Source of the DNA: Nemertoderma westbladi
Taxonomy: Eukaryota; Animalia; Xenacoelomorpha
Length of the DNA: 60,207 nt
Direction: 5' to 3'
NCBI GenBank assembly: GCA_032718475.1
Contig: JAUCBJ010006761.1
Location: 1-60,207, forward strand
Both the position numbers and the translations under genes were made by a program. The notes under the pieces were generated by a model, which had not been told where the DNA came from, ran no database searches, and was given only the letters and a program-made list of their open reading frames with translations. Each line of letters opens with the position of its first letter. Position 1 is the stretch's first letter. Of the stretch, positions 51,701 through 60,207 are shown piece after piece.

Positions 51701-54700
51701 GCAGTACGGTTACGTAAACACGGTGCGGAAGATGTTGTCTATGATTGATGCATCACAAGAAATGCTAAATAAACTTATAGGAATAGCAGCTATGTACAAA
51801 TGGAACGCGATAATCAATGTTTTAATCTGCTTTGGAGGGACCCCAAGTAAAGTATACGTTTCTGATTCTTTTGTCAACATGATGTTGAATCAGATCGCTG
51901 CCGATCCGATCAACCGCGTGCTCACGGAGGCGATCTTTACCGATATCCAACACTACGTTGGACTTCTAAAACCGAAAATGGTGAAATATATGTTGTTCCA
52001 GGCGTGTAAAATTGGACACGAAAGAGTTGTGAAATATCTTCTCACTGTTGGCGTTCATACACTCGAGGAATTTGATGAAGGTGGTGATAGTCTTATGCAT
52101 GTTGGTGTTAGTGGAGACAGTGAGAAAATAGTTAATTTATTGCTGAAGTACGGGGTTGAGTGCTCACTGAGGAATGCTACGGGAGACCTACCATTGCACG
52201 TTGCTGTGGTAACAGGTAAATTCAGGATTGTCTACCTACTGCTCCAATACCGACCCGAACATATAAATATTCGGGATAGATCCTTCAATACCTCGCTGCA
52301 TCTAATGATGTCTTTACCTGAATCCAAAATACATCAAATGTCTGAGGTTCTTTTTAATTTTAATGTAAATACTGAGGCTAAGAACGACCAAGGTAAAACT
52401 CCCTTAGATATTCTCACCGATAGCTTTACGGGAACGGAGGGTCAATTAAAGGTTGTTGAGCAGCTGATCTCCCGTAAGGTGACGTTGAGTCGGCGGCACA
52501 TTGAGGAGTTTTTGATCGCAGCTGGAAGTTTGAACAAAAAATCCCTTATGGCTAGTCTGGTGGAAAAATCAGACGAAGACACTGTGTTTAAGTCGCTAAT
52601 ATCAGCCGCGAAAAATGGACACAATTCCGGAGTTGAAGAACTGCTAAATAAATTTCCGGAGGGTGTGAATCATTTTCTAGAAGACGAAGAACAAACGCTT
52701 ATGCATTGTGCCGCAGAGTCCGGCCAGGTTACAGTGGTGGAATTATTGATCCTAAAGAAAGGGGATATTGAGGCAAAAAACCGGAGGAAAGAGACGCCGT
52801 TGCACAAAGCGGTGTCTGCTGGACATCTGGACATAGTAAAAATTCTTTGCAACGCCGGAGCCGATGTGAATGTCATAGACAATTGGCATAATAACGCTCT
52901 GTTTAGGGCTGTAATTGGTAAAATCGATAGGAAAAGAGACATTGTCGAGTTTCTTCTGGATCAGCATTGTAAAGTGAACGTTGAAGATGTGCGTGGTTTC
53001 TCGCCGCTTCATGCAGCCTGTGGAGAGTTTGCTAATGTCGAGGTGGTTAAACTGCTGGTAGATCGAGGTGCCGACATCAACAGAATAGGTAATCCACAAT
53101 CAGATGTTGGTTGTACGCCGTTGGATATGGCTGTGGAGAGCAATGCCATTGATGTCTGTGTGTATTTGGTTAAAAAAGGAGCTATTCTACACTATTGCCA
53201 GTACCGAGACCTGCTAAACCTACTAAATGTTCGTCATTGGTTAGAAATATTTGACAGTTTCATCACAGTGAAACAGGACATTGCCAATTGCGATTGTCAA
53301 ATGCGCCAATGTAAATTTGACGAAAGTATCGAAGGCGGGCAAAAGTTTCCCTCTGATGTTCCCGACAATTTGGACGTTTCTGACACCGAGGCCACTTTCT
53401 ACGATACACATATCAACCCGTTAATGAACCACTGCAAGACTATTTGTGTCGACTTCTCCCTGTTTGTTTCACGACCGACTTATATAACTAGGTCTCCGCG
53501 AAGAAAAATCTCCCATTTTATTCAGCCCTCAGCTCAAAACGACACTCCGCAGGTTGTGTACGTGGACGACGACCTGGCATACGAGTCATCCTTCGTCTAT
53601 GAATTGGCCAAACACAAAACCTTGTTCAATATAATAACCCATCCTCTTATCGCATCATATATAGACATAAAGTGGCAGAAGTTCTACGTACAATTCAATC
53701 TCCAAACGCTGGCCTATGTGTTATTCCTACTTTTGGTGACTCTCTACACCTATTTATATTTGTTGGTCGACAAAGGCAAACAGATATCATATGAGCCGAG
53801 TTTTACGAATATCACGCAAGTACCAAACAGCGTTATAAATCCCTTTAATCCCCCTAATTCCTTCTGGATTGTTTGGTTGTTTACTATGGTTCTCTGTTCC
53901 ATTCTATCGTTTTTCGAACTCGTGCAGATCTACATAAAACCGTTGGACTACATAACTGATCTAGAGAATTACGCTGAACTCACTGCTTATACTCTGGTAT
54001 TCCTGATGTTAATCGACGACGTTGTTCGTAAAATGGATAAAGAAAATGTCGGCCTTTTTACAAAAGAATCCAAATTAGAGATGGCCGTGTTCACTATAAT
54101 CTGCAGTTATGTTGGGTTCACAATGTTTTACTCTAGAATTCGACACTTTCAAATCGGTCTGTACGTTATAATGTTTCGTCGAGTCGGCTATTTCCTACTG
54201 AAAGTTTTCTTTTGCTTTATTTTTCTTTTTATTGCGTATTCCTTTTGTTTCTTCATTATGTACAGGGAAGAAGCGGAGGATTTTTCTAGCTTAGGAAGAG
54301 CAACAATTACATCGGTTGTTATGACTGCCGGTGAGTTAGTTTACGAATCATATCTTTTTGAAGGATATAAGTTCAGTTCCTACTTCCTGTTTCTCACCTT
54401 TGTTCTAATATTTACCATCACTCTAATGAACTTAGCGCTGGGCATAGCCATTGGAGATATTGCTATGGTAATGCAAAGCGCGGAAGCCTACTTCTTAAGT
54501 TACCGAATCGAGATGCTGCAAACCAGTGAAAGATTCTTCAAATGGAAAGCTTTAAGCAAAAATCATTTCTTCCGAATTATTTTGCATATGTTTTCGTTTC
54601 GTACTGAGATGGGTGGTAGTTGTAAACTGTATTTAAGCCCCCAAATTACTCAAGAACAAGTACTAAAAAGCAAAATGGATTGGAGGAAAGGTTGTATAAC

Positions 54701-55139
54701 AAAGTGTTGTCGTCTGATTAATATAATATATTTGTTCATTGCGAGAAACAATTTTCCACTGTGGAAGGTTAAACATTTACACGGGAATCGAGCGCAAACT
54801 GATTACAAGTTGAAGGAACTCCGTTTGGTGCATGACATCACGCAGAAACACGTGTTAATGGGCGAATCAGCGTCGACATACGAACTGATACCGACGTTGG
54901 TTTTACCTGAGAGACTGGTGGAAGGTTTGGAGACCGTGATAACTCGAAACCGTGAACGCTCCCAGCCGGAACGTCGTTACAGGGTCATATCGGAGTTGGT
55001 CACTCGCCAGGTTAATAGGATGGTCGGGGGCTCGTCTGCTGATGATGTGAGAGCCCCGAAACTCGAGTTCCATAAACTACGCGGCGGTCGTCATAGTTAC
55101 CAATCTAGTATCGATAGCTACAGTAAGGACACTATTTAG
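27723..55139 (+). CDS. TRPA-like ankyrin-repeat cation channel, multi-exon (~27723?-27907, 28690-28910, ~31114/31196-31378, 33219-33382, 47355-47531, 50398-50561, 51566-55139)
   Basis: Many ankyrin repeats (TPLMLAA, TALHIA, TPLHY, TPLHKAV); six-TM region with pore [11 protein letters not shown] and S6 [13 protein letters not shown] similar to TRPA1; GT-AG junctions in phase except the uncertain 28910-to-31.1-kb link; start codon unresolved. Confidence 0.85.
28944..30001. mobile_element. Long-TIR (~350 bp) non-autonomous DNA element in a TRPA intron
   Basis: AATAGGGTTGGTGTGCGAA... / ...TTCGCACACCAACCCTATT with inverted similarity over hundreds of bp; TATTG on both flanks. Confidence 0.85.
30041..30268 (+). 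mobile_element. ~230-bp MITE
   Basis: TIR GGGGGAACTGGACGCAA / TTGCGTCCAGTTCCCCC. Confidence 0.85.
30460..30687 (-). mobile_element. ~230-bp MITE, inverted copy
   Basis: Reverse complement of 30041-30268. Confidence 0.85.
31410..32570. repeat. 16-18-bp minisatellite AAAAATATCGAGAGT with a short inverted block (foldback-like)
   Basis: Direct array at 31410-32205; reverse-complement units at 32488-32570. Confidence 0.9.
32768..32876 (+). ncRNA. tRNA-like Pol III SINE unit containing a minimal type I hammerhead ribozyme
   Basis: A-box-like TGGCTGAACC; stem I AGCGCTA/TAGCGCT; core CTGAAGA-GGCC(agata)GGCC-GAAAC-gtac-GTA; B-box-like GGTTTAACCC; TTTT. Confidence 0.75.
33477..34280. repeat. CA-rich minisatellite GGACACATGGACACACACACACA
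   Basis: Direct tandem units; the overlapping ORFs are low-complexity artefacts. Confidence 0.95.
34330..34532. repeat. Degenerate ~31-bp tandem repeat split by the LTR insertion (continues at 46915-47126)
   Basis: TATTCTCACGTATTATTATCGTATTGCGAAC-like units on both sides of the element. Confidence 0.75.
34533..35727 (+). repeat. 5' LTR (1195 bp)
   Basis: TGTAAAAGC...GCGCGAACA; about four substitutions versus the 3' LTR seen by eye. Confidence 0.95.
35728..35737 (+). other. Putative self-priming primer-binding site
   Basis: GTAACAGTTA directly after the LTR is the reverse complement of TAACTGTTAC at 34979-34988; no TGG-type tRNA PBS. Confidence 0.65.
37969..42573 (+). CDS. BEL/Pao Gag-protease polyprotein with short RNase H-tail and integrase-tail remnants, 1534 aa
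   Basis: DUF1759-like [10 protein letters not shown]...[10 protein letters not shown]; three Cys/His knuckles ([32 protein letters not shown]); protease ALLDSGS; [10 protein letters not shown]; [17 protein letters not shown]; [10 protein letters not shown]. Confidence 0.92.
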   Translation: MSDTQQNLSDSLIDTTICDSDRSVERLRKEFSSPPTAKKVIPPVVSDPRLIHHRSIIGTRAQVKRNQEAAVLSQQHLGQEPTSQRPDSSSSSDTVELTPERGVQMAATVYSDPLLTLPAAVLTTIFIAVEEHQADWARNKRATQDNYAGYAREELISIVESQWNFPGLGLPLDLSEATWEDIHRMGVAKDTMDPAVWKRSAAGYVQGFFGSLDRLEEQLFRQPQGPQEQEELLYQIRERTLRIRLILSAFEETSKRRQDTSLQVAVKTWLHRVDLKVQETAQWKSQLTERSTYVEQTDVTLSQAESEETAEKPRTRDAIDIYLSDYQRFLGDKELRRRLSGLSPNSEGTKLVLDSIDAEMLAANQAECDEKLRLTRVREEQVKKEWIEKRKVAAAEAAKAEAERKSAEAKAEAERKAAEAEAEAKAEAERKAAVAEAERRASEETIQLELENLQETQDSINKQFTANQMQMMRKSTPKRQGYTSSEEGDTTDPEGGGNRSHLSRRRKTSYRRKLPDLPPAVRRQLASTDLSSIEPTAQSIKVQRLSTIVDEPEIIRPVVPKVTSVLETPVLPELNSKFPLHSTTLPVPGGTVQENIPVQIAEREIKNLSPVVPRQPATMLATPASAVEWVEEGRRGMNLLLGQMQETVHQLKGTVREGRAELQEVQQSIALERDKLVNIQKGLPIPPVTLCQPVRSEGLHAQGVEPTRIYTAREVETPIANPIKGDYRPVINDIPYRPDNDPRNLYTDNSILNNTMAQESFTRQMARTEARQAVKVGEIVKFNGDEMKWLPFNEYYKDSIQNSVLSNGEKLRFLIKCLEGPPKLMALKFIGHPDGLRQVWDTLNIRYGNKDNIAKYLYAKLVAPRHFLSSGIIEFSDEIQEICRQLDWLGKSHEYQSSMVIGAVVSTLPKGGVCTRWDKKVLYMNEQQRRSPTMADLMSFLDSEVKLQLIRQSREKTSENKVSEKPVSRRRIIPVCYTDDGESQASQEEDSGKDTAKSYYDNKTYKDVSKYKSRTSDRREQVTTTPPTSPKRIHGRKPEERTRVHNVNQVKVSNIKPKCALCDGPHRLSACAEFLKKSPVDRRTVLWSKRLCYNCLRSGHQRRTCYSDVKCAKCGAKHHILLHSEFERDNQSQVSEPKSHVQFSDVNDTDQSSEWEGFYTDEFSDANESCYLINTAVYRALTYEKDINDEFPPTTFAKQPSWKAPASNVGIREFPVVQVRVHGLNKSYIVNALLDSGSTGTFIDQELAEDIFAGQPKFRTKLNMSGIMQVWKSTLTADYYVGVLSTPQDKLGTQGIRSVKMVAIKNFDTTQADLYNWDEDESIQHLKIPRFQTDYPGVQILIGQNAHEALETLEKRPAQPQPLQTYAVRTRVGWYFTGPSRRTLKERLPQQQVYQVKGEVESSDVDDPTEGTPYSSDNDDINSNVDQWRHCLGTINPADIDSRGATPQELIDTPGWLGGSDSLSKEEEEWPPHLTTAEIRQAKGAEKVTQQLNRPASRLCLLERDRKLSGNYGRQDTLPTTTSLIRQISRDSIT
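44193..45641 (+). pseudogene. Second LTR-element ORF (~482 codons, two in-frame stops), zinc-knuckle protein
   Basis: ORFs 44193-44591 and 44859-45641 share a frame; the intervening sequence is open apart from TGA 44589 and TAA 44853; three CxxC..H..C motifs. Confidence 0.75.
45710..45719 (+). other. Short purine-rich tract (PPT) before the 3' LTR
   Basis: CTGGGAGCGG immediately precedes the TGT of the 3' LTR. Confidence 0.55.
45720..46914 (+). repeat. 3' LTR (1195 bp)
   Basis: Direct repeat of 34533-35727. Confidence 0.95.
47825..48122. repeat. ~34-bp tandem repeat
   Basis: TTTAAACTGCCCTGTCGCACATTAGTTACTACAGG, about 8 copies. Confidence 0.9.
48743..50339. mobile_element. Kolobok-like non-autonomous DNA transposon
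   Basis: TTAA on both flanks; purine-starting [21 protein letters not shown]. Confidence 0.75.
51566..55139 (+). CDS. Large terminal exon of the TRPA-like channel (ankyrins plus all TM segments)
   Basis: 1179-aa ORF; TTTTAG acceptor ends at 51565, in phase 2 with the upstream exon. Confidence 0.93.
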
Positions 55140-57013
55140 TTGACATGTATATTATGAAACAACATAAAATAGGCGAGATTTAACACCGTAACACCGACAA
55201 AGGGGCCGTGTCACGGTCGGGGGGAGGTGGTTGCAATTTTGTGACAATTTGTGACATGGGGCAGCTGGGGAATAGCTATACAGGCCCGTTGCCAGGCAGG
55301 GGGGGTTTGTTCGAACGAACCGCCCTTTCGAGAAAAGTGCCCTTTTATACGAACACATGTTTGGGAAATGTGCCCTTTTCATACTCACCTGTTTGAGAAA
55401 TATTCTCCTTGTATATTCCCTATTCGTAAAAGTGCCTTTTCCGGCAAAGCAAATGTTAAAGTCACATTAGCAGCTGGAAAATATAGGATTCACATTATCC
55501 CAGTGCCAATGTGCTTTAAAAAGTACCCCCCCCCCACCCCGCCCCGCCCTATTCCTACCTTAATATGCTCTGGCTAAACCAATGGATATTTGTCATTATT
55601 TAAACCAATTAAAAAAGTGCCCATTTTTTAAAATCCTGGCTACGGGGTACGTGCCTGCTATACTTGTGACGTCACAATAGCTTGAACAGTATAGTTGTTG
55701 GTATAGGTTGTTATAATCTGAAATCTGACCGACCATGTCAATGGCTGACCTGCGGTATATTGGGAACCATCAACTATGTGTCTCAGTCTACTTCCACTAT
55801 ATCATGCAAAATGGGGACCGATTTATTTCTTGGTTTATTTTTATTATTATGTTTGTTTGTTTATGGGTCGGTAGGGGAGGAGCGGAGTGGAGGTGTAAAC
55901 TAACGGGTCACTAAACTGTATACCCTATTATTATAATAATTATTTATGTTTTCTTCTCTTATATTCTTTCGAGCTGGTTTCAAATGAGCCACTGTGATTT
56001 TTTACTAACCTCCAGAACTAATATAAAAATGTTATTTTATAATATAATATTTATAAAACTAATACTGTATATAAATATACCGGTACCAGAACTAGTGTTA
56101 ACATAATAATTTAAAATTGAACACTTTTTATTAACTATACTGGTTATTTTTGTGACGTGTTTTTATTAACTATACTGGTTATTTTTGTGACGTGACCATC
56201 AAGAGGAGAGGGGAGTTACAAAATTCGTGACAAATTGTGACAAAGGGAATGGGGGTCGAAAATCATCAAAAATTGCGTGACATATTTGTGCACGGCCCAT
56301 AACCCAAGACCAAGACCACGAACTAGAACTAAACTTGTTACATTATTCATTGTTTAGTTTCTTAGTTTGTTATTTTCTTATTACTAATTATGATAAATTC
56401 GGGATCTAAATTGGATCATGACATTGGATTTTGTATTGGCCGTGTGACATGCGTGACATTTTACGACGATAAATTTATGCAAGTAATAATGGTAGTCAAT
56501 CCAACAGAAAGCGAAAAGCATTAAATGAAATCAATCAATACAAATCATTTTTGGATTCTATTACGTTCTAATGCCCAAAAAAATCATCGAATTTAATTTG
56601 CAGATCATACATTTTATTCATGGAAATTATACAATAATACAAGCCAAATATAAAGTAAAGTTGGGAAGAATAATACGGATCGAAATATCAAAAAATGCAA
56701 GTTAATTAAGGTTATTGAGATGGTAAATAAACATATTTCCACTAATGTTGACGAAGATTCTTCACGTAATAATATTGGACTTGCTGTAATGATTTCAGGA
56801 CGTTTTATTTTAGTTTAAAAACTGACTGAGTGTTGTGACAGTTTTCACTATGATGCGGTTGAGTGCGAATCGGGAAACTACATAAATAATTATTTATATC
56901 ATGACCTTCTACTGTAATATCTATAGTATGTCATGATTAAATGAATTGGTGTTGAGCTGATAATGCATCTGTAATAAACTGAATTATGTTATATAATAGG
57001 ATTTCAGAGGAGG

Positions 57014-57135
57014 AAAAAAATGAGGAAGTACGTCACCGGGTTTCGAACCAGCGCTATAAGCGTCCATTTTGGCCTATTAGACCTCATCAGTAGCGCTAAC
57101 CAGATCAGTCACTTTCCCGTGATACTTGCTTGTTT
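57014..57135 (-). ncRNA. tRNA-like Pol III SINE unit with hammerhead (G12 mutated)
   Basis: - strand reads GTGACTGATCTGG-TT-AGCGCTA-CTGATGA-GGTCtaataGGCC-AAAA...TA-TAGCGCT-GGTTCGAAACCC-GGTGAC...TTTTTTT. Confidence 0.75.
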
Positions 57136-57180
57136 ATAAGCCACTTAAGACTGCCTGTTCAATTAAAGTAAACTAAATAT

Positions 57181-57446
57181 GCAAGCAAGTGTCATAGGAA
57201 AGTGGCTGAACTGGTTGGTTATAGCTACTGATGAGACTTAATAGATAGGAAAGTGGCTGAACTGGTTGGTTATAGCTACTGATGAGATAGGAAAGTGGCT
57301 GAACTGGTTGGTTATAGCTACTGATGAAACTTAATAGATAGGAAAGAGGCTGAACTGGTTGGTTATTATAGCTACTGATGAGACTTAATAGACCAAAACA
57401 TGAAAAGCGCTGGTTCAACCCCAAGTGAGGTGGTTCCTCATTTTAT
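57181..57446 (+). mobile_element. Degenerate hammerhead-SINE copy with its 5' half tandemly amplified four times
   Basis: TGGCTGAACTGG...TAGCTACTGATGAGACTTAATAG repeated, then AGCGCTGGTTCAACCC...TTTT. Confidence 0.7.
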
Positions 57447-57631
57447 CCATCGTATTATAACATTATTAATTATTAATAAATAAATTTATAATAATTAAAA
57501 TTACATTTTTATATTAAATTAAATAAATTATCATAACTTCATTTATCACATTGAGAGACGCGTATCAAACTGTAAATATAGCCCATTTTCTCTCCTGTAC
57601 AGAAGACTAATAACTGAATTGAATGTTTTAT

Positions 57632-57662
<31 letters not shown>

Positions 57663-57676
57663 ACCATAACCATTGT

Positions 57677-60207
57677 CTAACATTTAACAAAACCTAAACT
57701 ATTTGAAAGAGTGTGAGAAACAAAGAACCCGTTCGTACTGGAAACGGCCACAGCCACCCCACCGAATCCGTTTACTGGGAGAGAACCTAGTCTGGCTAAG
57801 GTGTTACCACCTCGAACGTATTTATAAACACCTAAAGATTGATTTCTGTCTTCTTCCAGTGGAACTAACCAATGTAACCCCGCGTCTTTAATATCCAATA
57901 TCTGCGTTCTCCCAACTGGAACCGCTTTCCCGCAATCTATTCGAGTTTGGATCTCACCCATTGTGAGGGTAACATTAGGAGCATCACCTGTGGGGCGAGC
58001 CACGAAGTTGGCGGAGCCTTAGCGAATTGACACTGTTAGGGGGTGGGTCAATTTATGCAAATAGTTGTCGTCGTCGTCGTCGTCGTCGTTGTCGTCGTCG
58101 TCGTTGTCGTCGTCGTCGTTGTCGTCGTCGTTACGATTTTGACATGCTAATAACTTTGTCGGATTTAAAGCTGCCAAGTTGAAAATTTGTAGGTATCAAT
58201 ATAAGCAAAAGTTGAGATTTTTGAGAGACTTTCAGACACCATCAGTGCAATGGTCTCCCGCTAGAGGGCCACATGTCTAAACATTAAATGGCCACCCATT
58301 TCTTTGCTTTTAATCCGTTTAAGCTGAAACTTGGGAAGTATGTACTAGACCATTAGCTGTAAATTTCAAAGGAGGCTAATCTGTCTGCAGTTCTCCAGTC
58401 TGCCGCTAGAGGGCGAAATGTCCCGAATGTGAAATTATTCTTCCATTTAGTTGTTTATGATCTGATTACGCTGAAACTTGTCATATATGTACTAGATGAC
58501 ATCCTGAGTCTTTGTGTGGATTGTAATCGGTCCGAAGTTTTCCAGTCTCCCGCTAGAGGGCCACATGTCTAAACATTAAATGGCCACCCATTTCTTTGCT
58601 TTTAATCCGTTTAAGCTGAAACTTGGGAAGTATGTACTAGACCATTAGCTGTAAATTTCAAAGGAGGCTAATCTGTCTGCAGTTCTCCAGTCTGCCGCTA
58701 GAGGGCGAAATGTCCCGAATGTGAAATTATTCTTCCATTTAGTTGTTTATGATCTGATTACGCTGAAACTTGTCATATATGTACTAGAAGACATCCTAAG
58801 TCTTTGTGTGGACAGTAATCGGTCCGGAGTTTTCGAGTCTGCCGCTAGAGGGCGAAATGTAGGAAAGTGATAACCTTTGCGAATTCCTTGATCTTAATCT
58901 ATTTAAGCTGAATTTTGGAATATACAGTACCGGTATGTACTAGACCACATGCCTCGTCTTTGTGAGGAAGGTGATCGATCCGTAGTTCTTTAATATGCCG
59001 CTAGAGGGCTAAATGTATGAAAGTGAAAACCTTCCAACATTTCGTTATTTATGATCCGTCAATCGGAAACTTGGTAGATATGTAATAGACCATAGGCTGT
59101 GGCTTTGTAGGGAAACTAATCCTTCCTTCTTCAGTTACCCAGTCTCCCGCTAGAGGGTTAACGTTTTCCGGGAAAATCTTCTCCTATGTTTTTATAATCC
59201 TTTCGAGTTGATACTTAGCATTAACTCATTTCACGTGCTGCGCGAAGGCCCCACTTCGTGTAATCTTATACTCACAGATGGTTAACAACTGTTTATCCTC
59301 TTCAAATAGTCCGACTACACCGCAATACAAAGAAGGCACCAATCTGCCAGGATGGTCCAGGCGAGAAATCCACTCAATCGGAAAATCTGCACGATGTAAG
59401 TTCACATTAATTGCATTATTTTTGCTGGTGAATATTAATAGATAACAGTACCCAGGTTCACGGATGCCCACTATAGATCCTACCGGTGACTCCATATAAC
59501 GTAGGTTGTGAATACATATGTGCTTGATATCGTAAAATATGTCACCTTGTTTTATTATAAACACACATTCTTCTGTTGCGCAGATCCAATAATTATTTAA
59601 TATTGGACTATTATAACACTCTAAGAATTTAATCTGCTTCTTTGTTGAAATGCAATCGGAACGTAGCCACACTTGTTCCCCATGTAGAGGCATAAAATGT
59701 TTTTCCATATTTAGTTTATATATTAGAATGCGATTTGTCTGAGAGTCGGTTATTCCGAGAACCGACGGTGACGTATCTGTGTCCGTCGCAATGGGCCCAA
59801 TACAACCGATATCTAACTCCCGACAGTTTTTCCGATAAGTTTCTGAAAATCTCGGACTTTCTAGTAACATGTAATCGAATTTATGGAAACTGATTCCATC
59901 CACACGTTCTGGTAAAGGTTCTTTTACGCTATTCTCTTGACCGACCATCGCTGGCGCTGCTTCGTGTTTTACACTACTACTTAGTTCAACCTGCTCTGGA
60001 ACTTCTTCTTGTTCACTAACAACCACACCATCCACTATCTCTTGTCCTGTTTCTATCTCCTTAATTCTCACCATCTCCACACCCTCATCTGATACTGATT
60101 CGTGTACACTAACCACTCCATCCACTACCTCTTGTCCTGTTTCTATCTCCTTAATTCTCACTATCTCCACACCCCCATCTGGTACTGATTCGTGTATCGA
60201 GAACTGT
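57677..60207 (-). CDS. Partial unknown gene (acidic 30-aa repeats, possible beta-propeller/NHL-like C-terminal region) split by the ACA element
   Basis: ORFs 60170-59226 and 58003-57677 join in frame when the insertion is removed (..YKIT/GDAPNV..); the 5' end probably lies outside the window. Confidence 0.6.
57992..59258 (-). mobile_element. ACA-flanked non-autonomous element (copy 2) with internal ~146-bp tandem repeats and a (GTC)n microsatellite
   Basis: Same termini as 2809-4343; ACA on - strand at 59261-59259 and 57991-57989; interrupts a reading frame. Confidence 0.85.

Noticed and set aside
55200-56300. Possible Harbinger-like MITE with a nested element
   Set aside because: Ends (GGGCCGTG/CACGGCCC) are suggestive, but I could not define TSDs or boundaries reliably

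Overview
AT-rich eukaryotic (animal) genomic DNA, probably a marine invertebrate; a sponge is plausible but cannot be established from the sequence. Host genes: a 4-exon alpha-carbonic anhydrase (-), an intronless GPR89/GPHR (+), a multi-exon ankyrin-repeat TRPA-like channel (+), and a partial gene at the right edge (-) interrupted by an insertion. The rest is mostly mobile DNA: a 12.4-kb BEL/Pao-type LTR element with near-identical 1195-bp LTRs that lacks RT and integrase, a second diverged partial copy on the - strand, a full piggyBac carrying a nested SINE and hAT MITE, several other MITEs and many tandem arrays. Most notable: (1) the BEL/Pao element has no tRNA primer-binding site; the 10-11 nt right after the 5' LTR are instead complementary to a site inside the LTR, and both sites co-vary between the two copies, suggesting Tf1-like self-priming; (2) tRNA-like Pol III units (A box, B box, oligo-T) carry a minimal hammerhead ribozyme where the anticodon arm would be; (3) an ACA-flanked element family has ends that form a hairpin when joined, and one copy could be spliced out in frame as an intron; (4) TA-CAG-TA and TA-CCGG-TA micro-insertions look like transposon excision footprints. 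All coordinates and alignments were read by eye.
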